From: a virus
DNA: 64,000 nt
Reading direction: 5' to 3' (one strand)
Virus record (IMG/VR): IMGVR_UViG_3300030085_003750
Span: 32,001-96,000 of that record
The notes beneath the pieces are model-generated. The model was not told the origin of the DNA and ran no database searches. It saw only the letters and a list, made by a program, of their open reading frames with translations. The translations under genes were made by a program, and so were the position numbers. This document shows, piece by piece, positions 31,860 to 41,090 of this stretch. Positions within the stretch are counted from its first letter, which is position 1. Each line of letters opens with the position of its first letter.

Positions 31860-32394
31860 AGAAATTAAAGTACAAGTAGGAGAACCTGAAGACGACAAAA
31901 ATGTTGTATACAACCCAAAGATGAAGATGATACTTCGTAAGACGTTGGGTGGGGATTATGCGATTTACGACCACTACGATATGGATATTGTTATTCAACC
32001 AGAGAAGAAGCAGGTACTTGCGTTTGCCAAGAATGAAATGTCGGATGATGTTTATGCAGCGCAAGATAGGTTGTTTGTCTTCTTACAGAAAAAGGGAGTG
32101 ATACTCCCAGAGACTGTTCAAGGTGGGAATGTTTACGGTTCAATGCAGGGTTCATATCCTGAATCTAAAGTTGGAGCAGATGCTACCGAAGTTGCGCTCT
32201 ATACTATTGGCAAGTTCATCGAAGAAGAAAAACCTTATTATGCCCATGATGATGCTCTTGAAAGCATGATTGCTCAAAAAGAGTTGAATCCAAGTGAAGA
32301 GGACTCAACTAAACTTGGTGAGGTTCCACAAGAAAAGAGCAAAGGAACAGTACCAAAGTATCCAGCAATTAAATCTTATTATAGAATATACTGA
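31852..32394 (+). CDS. Hypothetical protein
   Basis: 180-aa ORF with a GAGGTG SD. Confidence 0.5.
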   Translation: MNEEIKVQVGEPEDDKNVVYNPKMKMILRKTLGGDYAIYDHYDMDIVIQPEKKQVLAFAKNEMSDDVYAAQDRLFVFLQKKGVILPETVQGGNVYGSMQGSYPESKVGADATEVALYTIGKFIEEEKPYYAHDDALESMIAQKELNPSEEDSTKLGEVPQEKSKGTVPKYPAIKSYYRIY

Positions 32395-32405
32395 AAAGAG
32401 GATAT

Positions 32406-32705
32406 GTGCTAGAACTTACCTATTTCACTCTTTCAGCGTTCGGTCTCACCCAAATTCTCGTTTATGGTAAAATTTTTGATAAAATTCGACCCACCCAGGG
32501 TTGGATGGGGGAACTTCTATCCTGCCCTATGTGTACTGGATTTTGGGTAGGTTTATTTTTATGGAGCATAAACCCCTACACTCAACTATTTAGTTTTGAC
32601 AAAAGTCCTGTTACGGCATTCCTGCTTGGATGTTTAAGTTCTGCAACTTCATACGTCCTTGCTATGGTGTTCGATGATGATGGGATAAAAGTGAAGACAA
32701 AGTGA
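32406..32705 (+). CDS. Membrane protein with CPxC motif (DUF1360-like)
   Basis: GELLSCPMCTGFWVG flanked by hydrophobic helices. Confidence 0.55.
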   Translation: MLELTYFTLSAFGLTQILVYGKIFDKIRPTQGWMGELLSCPMCTGFWVGLFLWSINPYTQLFSFDKSPVTAFLLGCLSSATSYVLAMVFDDDGIKVKTK

Positions 32706-32720
32706 AAGTGAGGTGTTGTG

Positions 32721-32777
32721 ATGCCTGTGAAGAAGTGGATGATTCAACCAGTTCGTCTCTGCAAGAACGGTTGTTAA
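32721..32777 (+). CDS. Unannotated 18-aa Cys-containing micropeptide MPVKKWMIQPVRLCKNGC
   Basis: SD GAGGTG at 32710-32715, ATG at 32721, TAA at 32775-32777, then a terminator hairpin. Confidence 0.5.
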   Translation: MPVKKWMIQPVRLCKNGC

Positions 32778-32782
32778 CTCGT

Positions 32783-32808
32783 GCGGGTAACGCCCGCTTT
32801 TTGTTTTT
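32783..32808 (+). terminator. Rho-independent terminator
   Basis: GCGGGT-AAC-GCCCGC followed by TTTTTGTTTTT. Confidence 0.65.
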
Positions 32809-32831
32809 GTAAAACTTACTGGAGAGTGTAG

Positions 32832-33443
32832 ATGAATAACAAATATCTGTTGAGAGAATATTATGAACTTTGTGAAGGAGGTCTTTGTCAAGATTTTCTA
32901 ACAGAGTCAGAAAAAAGAGAAATTAAAGAAGATGGCGTCATGTATCTTACAGGTGTCATCCAAAGGGCGAAAGCGAAGAATCAAAACGGTAGAATCTACC
33001 CAAGAAGTGTTCTTGAGAGAGAAATTGAGAACTACCAGAAAATCGTAAGAGACCAGAGAGCACTTGGTGAGTTAGACCATCCAGAAGATTCCGTTGTAAA
33101 CTTGAAGAATGTCTCGCATCTTATGACTCAGGTTTGGTGGGAAGGCGACAATGTGATGGGTAAGTGCAAAGTCCTTAATACACCTTCTGGACAAATTCTT
33201 CAATCTCTCGTCCACTCTGGCGTGAAACTTGGTATTTCTTCACGAGGAATGGGTTCGGTACATGAAGACAGGATGGGCAATACTGTAGTAGAAGATGATT
33301 TTAATTTAATTTGTTTTGATTTTGTATCTGACCCTTCGACCATCGGCGCATTCATGAATCTTCAAGAGAGCAAGAGTGTGAAAAGTATTTATACCAAGGC
33401 AGATAGAATCAACAGGTTATTGAACGATATTGTAAGGGACTAA
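32832..33443 (+). CDS. gp21: Prohead core protease (T4 gp21-like)
   Basis: NQNGRIYP, ALGELDHP, VSH, LGISSRGMGS and DFVSDPS. Confidence 0.95.
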   Translation: MNNKYLLREYYELCEGGLCQDFLTESEKREIKEDGVMYLTGVIQRAKAKNQNGRIYPRSVLEREIENYQKIVRDQRALGELDHPEDSVVNLKNVSHLMTQVWWEGDNVMGKCKVLNTPSGQILQSLVHSGVKLGISSRGMGSVHEDRMGNTVVEDDFNLICFDFVSDPSTIGAFMNLQESKSVKSIYTKADRINRLLNDIVRD

Positions 33444-33445
33444 GG

Positions 33446-33880
33446 ATGAAAAAGTCAGAATTAAAACAACTTATTAAACCCATTGTTGAAGAGTGTGTGA
33501 AAGACGCACTTCTTACAAGTGGTCTTTTAACGTCAGTTATATCTGAGGTTGTGGCAGGTGTTCAGAAGGGACTCGTTACAGAGCAGGTGGAAACTAAGGA
33601 ACCTGCTGTTCAAGAACAAAATACTATTTCCGAGGAAGAAAAAAGAAAAATTTTGGAAAACAAAAAGAAATTATTAGATGCTATCGGAACTTCTTCTTAT
33701 AATGGAGTTGATGTTTTCGAAGGCACGAAACCTCTTAAAAAGGGCGGTAATGCTAATAAAGGAAAAGGTGGATACAGTCCTTTTGAGGGAGTAGACCCCA
33801 ACAATCCAGGGGTAAACATAGACAAACTTACAAGCAATCTTGGCGGGATTTGGAAGAAACTTGCCGAGGGTAAAAAATAA
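33446..33880 (+). CDS. Hypothetical prohead core/internal protein
   Basis: N-terminus MKKSELKQLIKPIVEE is similar to that of the 27294 ORF. Confidence 0.45.
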   Translation: MKKSELKQLIKPIVEECVKDALLTSGLLTSVISEVVAGVQKGLVTEQVETKEPAVQEQNTISEEEKRKILENKKKLLDAIGTSSYNGVDVFEGTKPLKKGGNANKGKGGYSPFEGVDPNNPGVNIDKLTSNLGGIWKKLAEGKK

Positions 33881-33895
33881 GAAAGGAAAATAAAA

Positions 33896-34153
33896 GTGAG
33901 AGACAAAGGTCTATTCGAAGAGAGAATTAGAAAGGGCGAATCTACGGAAGCATTCGTAAGACGAGCACTTCGCAAGTTAAAGAAAGAAGGAGTTATGAAT
34001 GACATTCGTGACCCTTCACGAGGTCATCATCTTTGCAGAGATATTTCAAAGAAATCGCTCCGCAAAAAACACAAAGAGATTCAAGCCGAGCGTCGTCGTT
34101 TCGCAGAGGCAGCGAGAAGAAGAAAACGACAACGACAAAAGCAAAATAGATAA
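33896..34153 (+). CDS. rpsU: Divergent ribosomal protein bS21-like protein
   Basis: 85 aa and very basic. IRKGESTEAFVRRALRKLKKEGVMNDIRD...KKSLRKKHK aligns by eye to the bS21 pattern VR.GES...ALRRFKR...K.G...E.R....KPS..RK.K. Its position after the prohead protease matches described phage bS21 loci. Confidence 0.65.
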   Translation: MRDKGLFEERIRKGESTEAFVRRALRKLKKEGVMNDIRDPSRGHHLCRDISKKSLRKKHKEIQAERRRFAEAARRRKRQRQKQNR

Positions 34154-34161
34154 CTATTTAG
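34153..34161 (+). promoter_or_regulatory. Putative late promoter (ACTATTTAG)
   Basis: Recurrent motif at the head of the fibre cassette. Confidence 0.5.
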
Positions 34162-34189
34162 TATAGTTTTATAACAGAGGACTTTTACA

Positions 34190-34954
34190 ATGGCAAGAAA
34201 TTATATCCTTGGCGGTTCGGCAGGTACCCAACTCCAAGCAGGAAAACCTTACTTCAAGAGAATCGTCAGAATTGATGGTACAGGAGGCGTCAACAGAAAT
34301 GCTGTTAACACCCTAAAACACCCAGATAGTGTTGGGTTCACTTGTGATATAACAGCAGGTGGGGAAATCACTTTTGACACGAGTTCATCTCCTTGGGTTG
34401 CCAGCGGCAACAGAAATAGTGGTGAATTACTCATGATTGAATTTCCAACAACTATGAGAAGTGTAGAGATTAATCTCGAAGAGTCTTGGGTGGCAGGTGT
34501 AAAGCAGGACGCAGGCGATGGAACTGTTAGATTGAAAGTTATGTTGACAGCACAAAGGTCAACAAATGGTCAGAAAACACATTTTTTTGATTCAGATGGA
34601 AATCCAGATGCTAACTCTCCCATCGCTCTACCAGTCGCCAATGCAAATTACATCGAAGTAATGCAGGGTGAGACGGCAACCATTTCTTCTAGAACAAAAG
34701 TTATCTTTATTCTTATTCAAAAGTTTGCAGGAGATAATATTCTCGCTCCTGCCTCTGGATTTGTCAACGGTCAAACCGCTTCGGGACATGCCGAAGATGC
34801 AGTATCTATCCTTATTACGGGTGTCCTTGACCATGAACCTACTTCAGGTGGTTCTCAGGCAGAGAATGAACCCAATTCAAAGGTTATTGAAGACGGCGGT
34901 GCCGATACACGAACACTTCGCAAGATTTGGGGTGCTGCTGACGGCATCGGTTGA
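34190..34954 (+). CDS. Hypothetical beta-rich structural/decoration protein
   Basis: 254-aa ORF downstream of the late motif; first gene of the fibre cassette. Confidence 0.5.
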   Translation: MARNYILGGSAGTQLQAGKPYFKRIVRIDGTGGVNRNAVNTLKHPDSVGFTCDITAGGEITFDTSSSPWVASGNRNSGELLMIEFPTTMRSVEINLEESWVAGVKQDAGDGTVRLKVMLTAQRSTNGQKTHFFDSDGNPDANSPIALPVANANYIEVMQGETATISSRTKVIFILIQKFAGDNILAPASGFVNGQTASGHAEDAVSILITGVLDHEPTSGGSQAENEPNSKVIEDGGADTRTLRKIWGAADGIG

Positions 34955-34964
34955 GGCATAAATC

Positions 34965-37304
34965 ATGTCTGGAAAATCGTTTAATCGTGCCAGAAGAACT
35001 GGAAAATCTTCCAACTCACTTGCAGTCGTTACAGACGAATTAATACAAGAAGTAGCAATAGCAATAGGACCAGGAGTTCAAGGACCAGCAGGTACGAATG
35101 GACACTCTGCTTATGAAATTGCAGTTATCGAGGGATTCGTTGGCACTCAACAGGAATGGTTAGCATCCTTGGTCGGCGATGACGGAGATACTGCTTTCGA
35201 AATAGCAGTTTCGAACGGGTTCCAGGGCACAGAGGCAGAATGGTTAGCGTCACTCATCGGCGCAGACGGTCCACAGGGCATTCAAGGTCCACAAGGAATT
35301 CAAGGTGACCAAGGTCCAGAAGGTCCAGAAGGTCCACAAGGTATTCAAGGTGACAAAGGAGATACTGGTGACCAAGGTCCACAAGGTATTCAGGGAATTG
35401 AAGGTCCACAAGGTGCTACTGGACCTCAAGGTATTCAAGGCGACAAAGGAGACACAGGTGACCAAGGTCCACAAGGACCACAAGGTATTCAAGGCGATAA
35501 AGGGGACCAAGGCGACACAGGCGACACGGGTGCTACAGGTCCACAAGGAATTGAAGGTCCACAAGGTGCTACTGGACCTCAAGGTCCACAGGGTGATAAA
35601 GGTGATACTGGCGACACAGGTGCCCAAGGACCAGTAGGTCCACAGGGACCGCAAGGCATTCAGGGCATTCAAGGCGATAAGGGCGACACTGGCGACACAG
35701 GTCCACAAGGACCGCAAGGGATTCAAGGTCCAGCAGGAGCAGATGGCGCTACTGGCGCTGACGGAGCGCAAGGAATTCAGGGTCCAACTGGTCCACAAGG
35801 ACCACAAGGTCCACAGGGATTGAAAGGTGACACTGGAGATACAGGTCCACAAGGACCAGAAGGACCAGAAGGTGCTCAAGGTCCACAAGGACCACAAGGT
35901 ATTCAAGGCGACAAAGGAGACACAGGAGACCAAGGTCCACAAGGTCCAGCAGGCGCAGACGGTGACGACGGTGTTGATGGTACTCAAGGTCCAGCAGGTC
36001 CGACAGGTCCAACGGGACCACAAGGACCACAAGGTGTTGCTGGTTCTGGTATAACCATGCAAGGTTCAGTTGCTACAATTAACGACTTACCTACTAATGG
36101 AAATTCACAAGGTGATGCTTATATTGTACAGGCAGATGATTCATTGCATATTTGGAATGGTAGTCAGTGGATTTCTGGCGGTTCAATTCAGGGTCCAGCA
36201 GGACCACAGGGTGCTCAAGGACCACAAGGTTTGACAGGACCACAAGGTCCACAGGGACTCAAGGGCGATACAGGTGACACTGGACCAGCGGGTGCCGACG
36301 GTGCTCAAGGTCCAACTGGTCCACAAGGACCACAAGGACCACAAGGTATTCAAGGCGATAAGGGTGACACTGGAGATACTGGTGCTCAAGGACCACAAGG
36401 TATTCAAGGTCCAGCGGGAAATGATGGAGCAGAAGGTCCAGAAGGTCCACAAGGACCAGCGGGTCCAACTGGCGCTCAAGGTCCAACTGGTGCCCAAGGT
36501 CCAGAGGGACCACAAGGTCCAGCAGGTCAAGACGGTGCTACTGGTGCAGATGGTGCCCAAGGAATCCAGGGTCCAGCAGGTCCACAAGGTCCAGCGGGTG
36601 ATGAAGGCGCACAGGGACCACAAGGAATCCAAGGTCCAGCAGGCGCTGATGGTGCAGAGGGACCACAAGGTCCACCAGGTCAAGACGGCGCTGACGGTGA
36701 TTCTGCTTACGAAATTGCAGTATCTAATGGTTTTTCAGGAACAGAACAGGAATGGTTAGATTCTTTGGAAGGACCAGCAGGACCAGCAACAGTAGCAGAC
36801 GTTCAATCTTATACTGTTACCGCCAACGCAGGGTCGAATGTCTCTGTAACTCTTACTCACAACAAAGGAGATTCAGATTATCTTGTGCAGATTATCGACC
36901 CGAACGGAGACAATCTCGTAGTTCCTTTCACCAGAACAGCAAACACGGTTGTGTTTTACTTTGGAACTGTCTCGAACACAATAGACTATACAGTATTAAT
37001 ATCTGGTGCAAATGGAACAACGATTTCGAATGCTGTTACCGCAGCAACAATAGAAGCAATTGCTGCCGCTTCTGCTTCACTACCAGAAATAAAGTCTTAT
37101 AACTTGACAGTAAATACGGGAACTGGAGTTTTTGCAACTCTTACTCATAACCTTGCAGTTACCAACTCTGACTATGTTGTTCAGATAATTGATTCAAGTA
37201 GAAACAATCTCGTGGTTCCGTTCACGAGAAATCAAAATGACGTAGTGTTTTACTTTGGAAATGTTACAACTCAACAAACTTACAAAGTTGTCATTATTCA
37301 TTAA
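34965..37304 (+). CDS. Collagen-like fibre protein
   Basis: Two long G-X-Y tracts ([12 protein letters not shown]), three SAYEIAV..GF.GT..EWL.SL-type repeats, a central GDAYIV...HIWNGSQW knuckle, and a duplicated C-terminal beta domain (THN...DY.VQIID...LVVPFTR). Confidence 0.9.
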   Translation: MSGKSFNRARRTGKSSNSLAVVTDELIQEVAIAIGPGVQGPAGTNGHSAYEIAVIEGFVGTQQEWLASLVGDDGDTAFEIAVSNGFQGTEAEWLASLIGADGPQGIQGPQGIQGDQGPEGPEGPQGIQGDKGDTGDQGPQGIQGIEGPQGATGPQGIQGDKGDTGDQGPQGPQGIQGDKGDQGDTGDTGATGPQGIEGPQGATGPQGPQGDKGDTGDTGAQGPVGPQGPQGIQGIQGDKGDTGDTGPQGPQGIQGPAGADGATGADGAQGIQGPTGPQGPQGPQGLKGDTGDTGPQGPEGPEGAQGPQGPQGIQGDKGDTGDQGPQGPAGADGDDGVDGTQGPAGPTGPTGPQGPQGVAGSGITMQGSVATINDLPTNGNSQGDAYIVQADDSLHIWNGSQWISGGSIQGPAGPQGAQGPQGLTGPQGPQGLKGDTGDTGPAGADGAQGPTGPQGPQGPQGIQGDKGDTGDTGAQGPQGIQGPAGNDGAEGPEGPQGPAGPTGAQGPTGAQGPEGPQGPAGQDGATGADGAQGIQGPAGPQGPAGDEGAQGPQGIQGPAGADGAEGPQGPPGQDGADGDSAYEIAVSNGFSGTEQEWLDSLEGPAGPATVADVQSYTVTANAGSNVSVTLTHNKGDSDYLVQIIDPNGDNLVVPFTRTANTVVFYFGTVSNTIDYTVLISGANGTTISNAVTAATIEAIAAASASLPEIKSYNLTVNTGTGVFATLTHNLAVTNSDYVVQIIDSSRNNLVVPFTRNQNDVVFYFGNVTTQQTYKVVIIH

Positions 37305-37311
37305 AAAATTA

Positions 37312-37488
37312 TTTTTTGCCCCTCTAAATCCTCAAACAACAATCTATTAAAAAACCTTTTCTTTAACCTGATTTTTAGTCTAAGTAGACACAGGTGGGAG
37401 AGGTGTATCCTCTTGTCCATCTTGCTCAAACTTTTATAATGTAGGGTCAAAAATACTCACATGAAAAAACAAATAGGAGGATAAAATT
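37312..37488 (+). promoter_or_regulatory. Structured leader, copy 1 (promoter-like CTAAGTA, two hairpins, SD)
   Basis: Near-duplicate of 40912-41090 at a 3600-bp offset. Hairpins at 37392-37422 and 37439-37462, with compensatory changes between the copies. Confidence 0.75.
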
Positions 37489-40400
37489 TTGAGTAATAGA
37501 ATACAAATTTTAAACGCCACTGCTGACGATTTTGCGATGGAGGTAGTTTCTACCGTTCCTGTGAATGGTTCAGTTGGCGACCATGCAAACGGTCGCTTAG
37601 TAAAGTATGGCACGCACATGTACGTTTGGTGTAATCACCAGGGTATTTGGGCAAAGTTTGCAAACGTAAGCGACTTTACATCACTTGAAACGAGACTTTC
37701 ACAACAAGAAGATGCAAATGATGCTGACGTTTTGTCGCTTGAGGGAATTGATTCTTCACTAGAGACAAGAATATCCGAGGAAGAGTCTGCAATGCTTTCC
37801 GCAATTGCCTCAGAGGAAGCGAGAGCATCATCGCAAGAAGATTCTATTGAAACTAGAATTTCTTCAATGATTTCGGCAAGAGTAGAGGACGTATCTTCCG
37901 AAGCATCTTTGCAAGAAAGTTTAGTTACAAGCGTAAATATTGAAATATCCACAATTATCGCTGCAAGAATTTCAGCAGTTGATTCGCTCGAAGCAAGAGC
38001 AACTGCTGCCGAAACATCTTTGGAATCTAGATTGTCTAATGAGGAAGATGCAAAGGATGCGGGAGATTTGTCTCTTACACAAAGACTTTCTTCCGAAGAA
38101 GCACAAAGACTTGCAAGTGATTCATCTTTGTCTTCCGCTATCGCTGCGGAATCAGGAAGTAGAACATCTGCTGATTCTTCACTTGAAACTGCTATCTCAA
38201 CAGAAGAAGCGAGAATCAGTGCGATTCTTCATGCATCGACAGCAGACAAGGATTCATTTGCGGAGATTGTTACTCACATCAACGCAATTGATTTAGCGCA
38301 TGACACGCAGACTTCGACAGAGATTGCTTCACTTGCAGCGGATATCGCTTCAATGGAATCATCTTTGGAAGGCATTGACAATTCTGTTGAGACAAGATTA
38401 TCTAACGAAGAGGATGAAATGTCTTCAAAGGATTCTTCTCTTGAAGTTAGAATTGCAACAGAAGAGGGCGCTACAGTAACAAGTGATACTTCATTAGCAA
38501 CAAGGTTATCTTCAGAGGAATCGACAAGACTTGCTACTGATAACTCTATTGGAGGTAGACTCGGAACTGATGAATTGGCAAGAGCAAACGCAGATACCTC
38601 ACTTGATACGAGACTATCAAATGAAGAGGACACAATGTCGGCAGGTGACTTGTCACTTGAAACTTTACTTTCGGGAGATAGTGCGGATAAAACATCCGCA
38701 GATTCATCAATCGAAACAAGAATAGCAGATGAAGAGTCAGCAATGCTTTCAGCAGTTGCTTCGGAACAAGCAGAGAGAGTTACCGCTGACAGTTCAGTGG
38801 AATCTCTTGTTTCAACAGAGGAAGTTGCCAGAGAAGATGGCGATGTCTCACTAGAAACTAATATGCAGACAAACGAGACTATTAGAGCACTTGCAGATTC
38901 TTCTTTGGAGTCAAGACTTTCAAACGAAGAAGATAACTTTTCTACGGACAAGAGTTCAATTGAAACACGCCTTTCAATTGAGGAAGATGCAATGTCAGCA
39001 GAAGACTCTTCAGTCGAGACAAGATTCTCAAATGAAATCTCAACAGAGAAATCAAGAATTGACGAAATTCTCGACAGCGCAGACGCTGATAAAGACACTT
39101 TTGTTGAACTTGTCTCTTTCATTACAGAGTTCGATGTAGACGCAGACGACGCTTTGTCATCGTATCAATTGGTTATTGATTCAAGAATTTCAGCAGAAGA
39201 GTCAAACATGTCAGCGGGTGATTCATCGCTTGCAACGGAACTTGCTGCAAAGATTGTTGAAAGACAATCTGCTGTGACTTCACTAGAGAATAAGCACTCA
39301 GGTGAAATTTCGACACTTGGTTCTTCAGTTGATTCACTGGAGACAAGAGAGGAAGCAAGACACCTTAGAGTTGATTTCTCAAACAAGACAAGTTTTACGG
39401 TACTGCAAACTGATTTACCTTCAGGGTTTACTCCTGGCAACGGTTTGGTTCAGATATATCAAGAAGTAAGTTCTAATACTTATAGAAGACTTGTTTCGCC
39501 AATGAATTTTGACCCAACGACGGGCGAAATGACGTTTGATTTGGGTGTATCTGCTAAATCAGGTTTTGCTGTATTCTACTCCTTTGCAGGAGACGAGACA
39601 GACATGTCTTCTTCCAGTGGTCAACAAGCATCACCACCACCTCCAAGTTCTGGTTCAAGTTCTTATCCACAGTTCAAGATTACGGGTGCCAGCGCTTCTT
39701 GGGGTGCAAACGCAGGTGACAGTTCTTCCGTTACAGTTAATGTTACTGGGGTTACAGCGTCTAATGTTGACTCGTTTTTGAATTACACTGGAGATACGTT
39801 CTACTTGTCTGTTTATGGACAAACAACTTATTCATATTATGATATTGCAATTAGTCGCCGAGGAGTATCCTTTGTTTGGGCTTCTGATTATTCTTCATTC
39901 ACGATTAATTATGAGAATTTAAGTAACCAAACTTCGTATAGAACAACTACGACAGCGCCTTCAGGTTCTGCGTATCAAACGTCTCTCCTTTTCGGCACGT
40001 CTGCTGATAGCGCATACTTTAGAGCAACATTATATTTTGACTCAGTGTCGGGCGCACTTGTGCCTTATCCTTCCTCGGCAGGAGAGGTGCTTGATAGTGG
40101 AGACGATATCATTTTATCACCTCCATACATGTCTGGAACTGGAACTGCAACATATACAGCGACCGTTAATCAGGGTTACTATGTCTACCGAGGGGGCAAT
40201 AACTATAAAACCAGAACACTTCGAGGTCCAGAATGGGGATTCGATTTAACCGACTTGACTGGCGACACTGGTGGAAACAGACCAGTAAGAAACTGGTCGT
40301 ACAAGATAGGAGCACACACTACTACAGCAGGTCAGATTCGCTGGGAAGCACAAAATATATTTGACTCTACCACTGACGGCGCTTGGGCAGTTCACGTTAC

Positions 40401-40851
40401 TTCTGGTGGAACAGATTATTATTCAACAGGTTCTGCGATTAGTTCGAGTCATCACTTGTGGTCAGAGATTACTACAAACAGAACTCAATCTAATGTTATT
40501 AACAGATTTAGTGCGAACGTACATGACTCAATTTCGGCTACTGAGACATTGAAGTTAGGATGGTCAGATAGAACAAGTAGTACTCAGGTAAATCCTGATG
40601 CAGATACAATCGTTACAATGTATCTTGCTTCTCACGGTGCAACTGGTCAGCACCTTATTAATGACACGCACTATGCTTCCCCTCATACAACATATAACTG
40701 GGGTGCTAATACAAGTTATGCAACAGATATTAAGATTGTTATTGATACTTCAGACCAGTCTTATGAAATCTACAGGAATTCAAATGTCGGCGGTTCGCCA
40801 ACTTGGGTAGCAGTAGATAGAGCATATTTGTCTAATCAGGAAGTTAATTAA
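37489..40851 (+). CDS. Coiled-coil fibre paralog 1 with long Ser/Thr/Tyr-rich tip domain
   Basis: TTG start after AGGAGG. 18-residue-type repeats (DSSLETRLSNEE), two ADKD(S/T)F.E(I/L)V knuckles, a shared beta domain and a unique ~410-aa C-terminus. Confidence 0.8.
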   Translation: MSNRIQILNATADDFAMEVVSTVPVNGSVGDHANGRLVKYGTHMYVWCNHQGIWAKFANVSDFTSLETRLSQQEDANDADVLSLEGIDSSLETRISEEESAMLSAIASEEARASSQEDSIETRISSMISARVEDVSSEASLQESLVTSVNIEISTIIAARISAVDSLEARATAAETSLESRLSNEEDAKDAGDLSLTQRLSSEEAQRLASDSSLSSAIAAESGSRTSADSSLETAISTEEARISAILHASTADKDSFAEIVTHINAIDLAHDTQTSTEIASLAADIASMESSLEGIDNSVETRLSNEEDEMSSKDSSLEVRIATEEGATVTSDTSLATRLSSEESTRLATDNSIGGRLGTDELARANADTSLDTRLSNEEDTMSAGDLSLETLLSGDSADKTSADSSIETRIADEESAMLSAVASEQAERVTADSSVESLVSTEEVAREDGDVSLETNMQTNETIRALADSSLESRLSNEEDNFSTDKSSIETRLSIEEDAMSAEDSSVETRFSNEISTEKSRIDEILDSADADKDTFVELVSFITEFDVDADDALSSYQLVIDSRISAEESNMSAGDSSLATELAAKIVERQSAVTSLENKHSGEISTLGSSVDSLETREEARHLRVDFSNKTSFTVLQTDLPSGFTPGNGLVQIYQEVSSNTYRRLVSPMNFDPTTGEMTFDLGVSAKSGFAVFYSFAGDETDMSSSSGQQASPPPPSSGSSSYPQFKITGASASWGANAGDSSSVTVNVTGVTASNVDSFLNYTGDTFYLSVYGQTTYSYYDIAISRRGVSFVWASDYSSFTINYENLSNQTSYRTTTTAPSGSAYQTSLLFGTSADSAYFRATLYFDSVSGALVPYPSSAGEVLDSGDDIILSPPYMSGTGTATYTATVNQGYYVYRGGNNYKTRTLRGPEWGFDLTDLTGDTGGNRPVRNWSYKIGAHTTTAGQIRWEAQNIFDSTTDGAWAVHVTSGGTDYYSTGSAISSSHHLWSEITTNRTQSNVINRFSANVHDSISATETLKLGWSDRTSSTQVNPDADTIVTMYLASHGATGQHLINDTHYASPHTTYNWGANTSYATDIKIVIDTSDQSYEIYRNSNVGGSPTWVAVDRAYLSNQEVN

Positions 40852-40874
40852 TCTTACGATTTATTGCCTTTTTC

Positions 40875-40902
40875 GGGGTGCCTTCGGGCACCCCTTTTCT
40901 TT
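40875..40902 (+). terminator. Rho-independent terminator with UUCG loop
   Basis: GGGGTGCC-TTCG-GGCACCCC followed by TTTTCTTT. Confidence 0.85.
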
Positions 40903-40911
40903 AATTAATTT

Positions 40912-41090
40912 TTTTTTGCCCCTCTAAATCTTTAAACAACAATCTCAAAAAAAACCTATTCTTTATCTTTATTTCGAACCTAAATAAAGGCAGGTGGGAG
41001 AGGTTTATTCTCTTGTCCATCTTACTCAAGATTTTATAGTGGAGAGTCAAAAATACTCCCACATTTAACATATTTTAGGAGGATAAAACT
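40912..41090 (+). promoter_or_regulatory. Structured leader, copy 2 (promoter-like CTAAATA, two hairpins, SD)
   Basis: Hairpins at 40992-41022 and 41039-41062; homologous to copy 1. Confidence 0.75.

Noticed and set aside
37380-37470. Known riboswitch or tRNA in the fibre leaders
   Set aside because: I could not match a cloverleaf or any aptamer consensus I know. It is kept as a novel structured leader pending an Rfam search.
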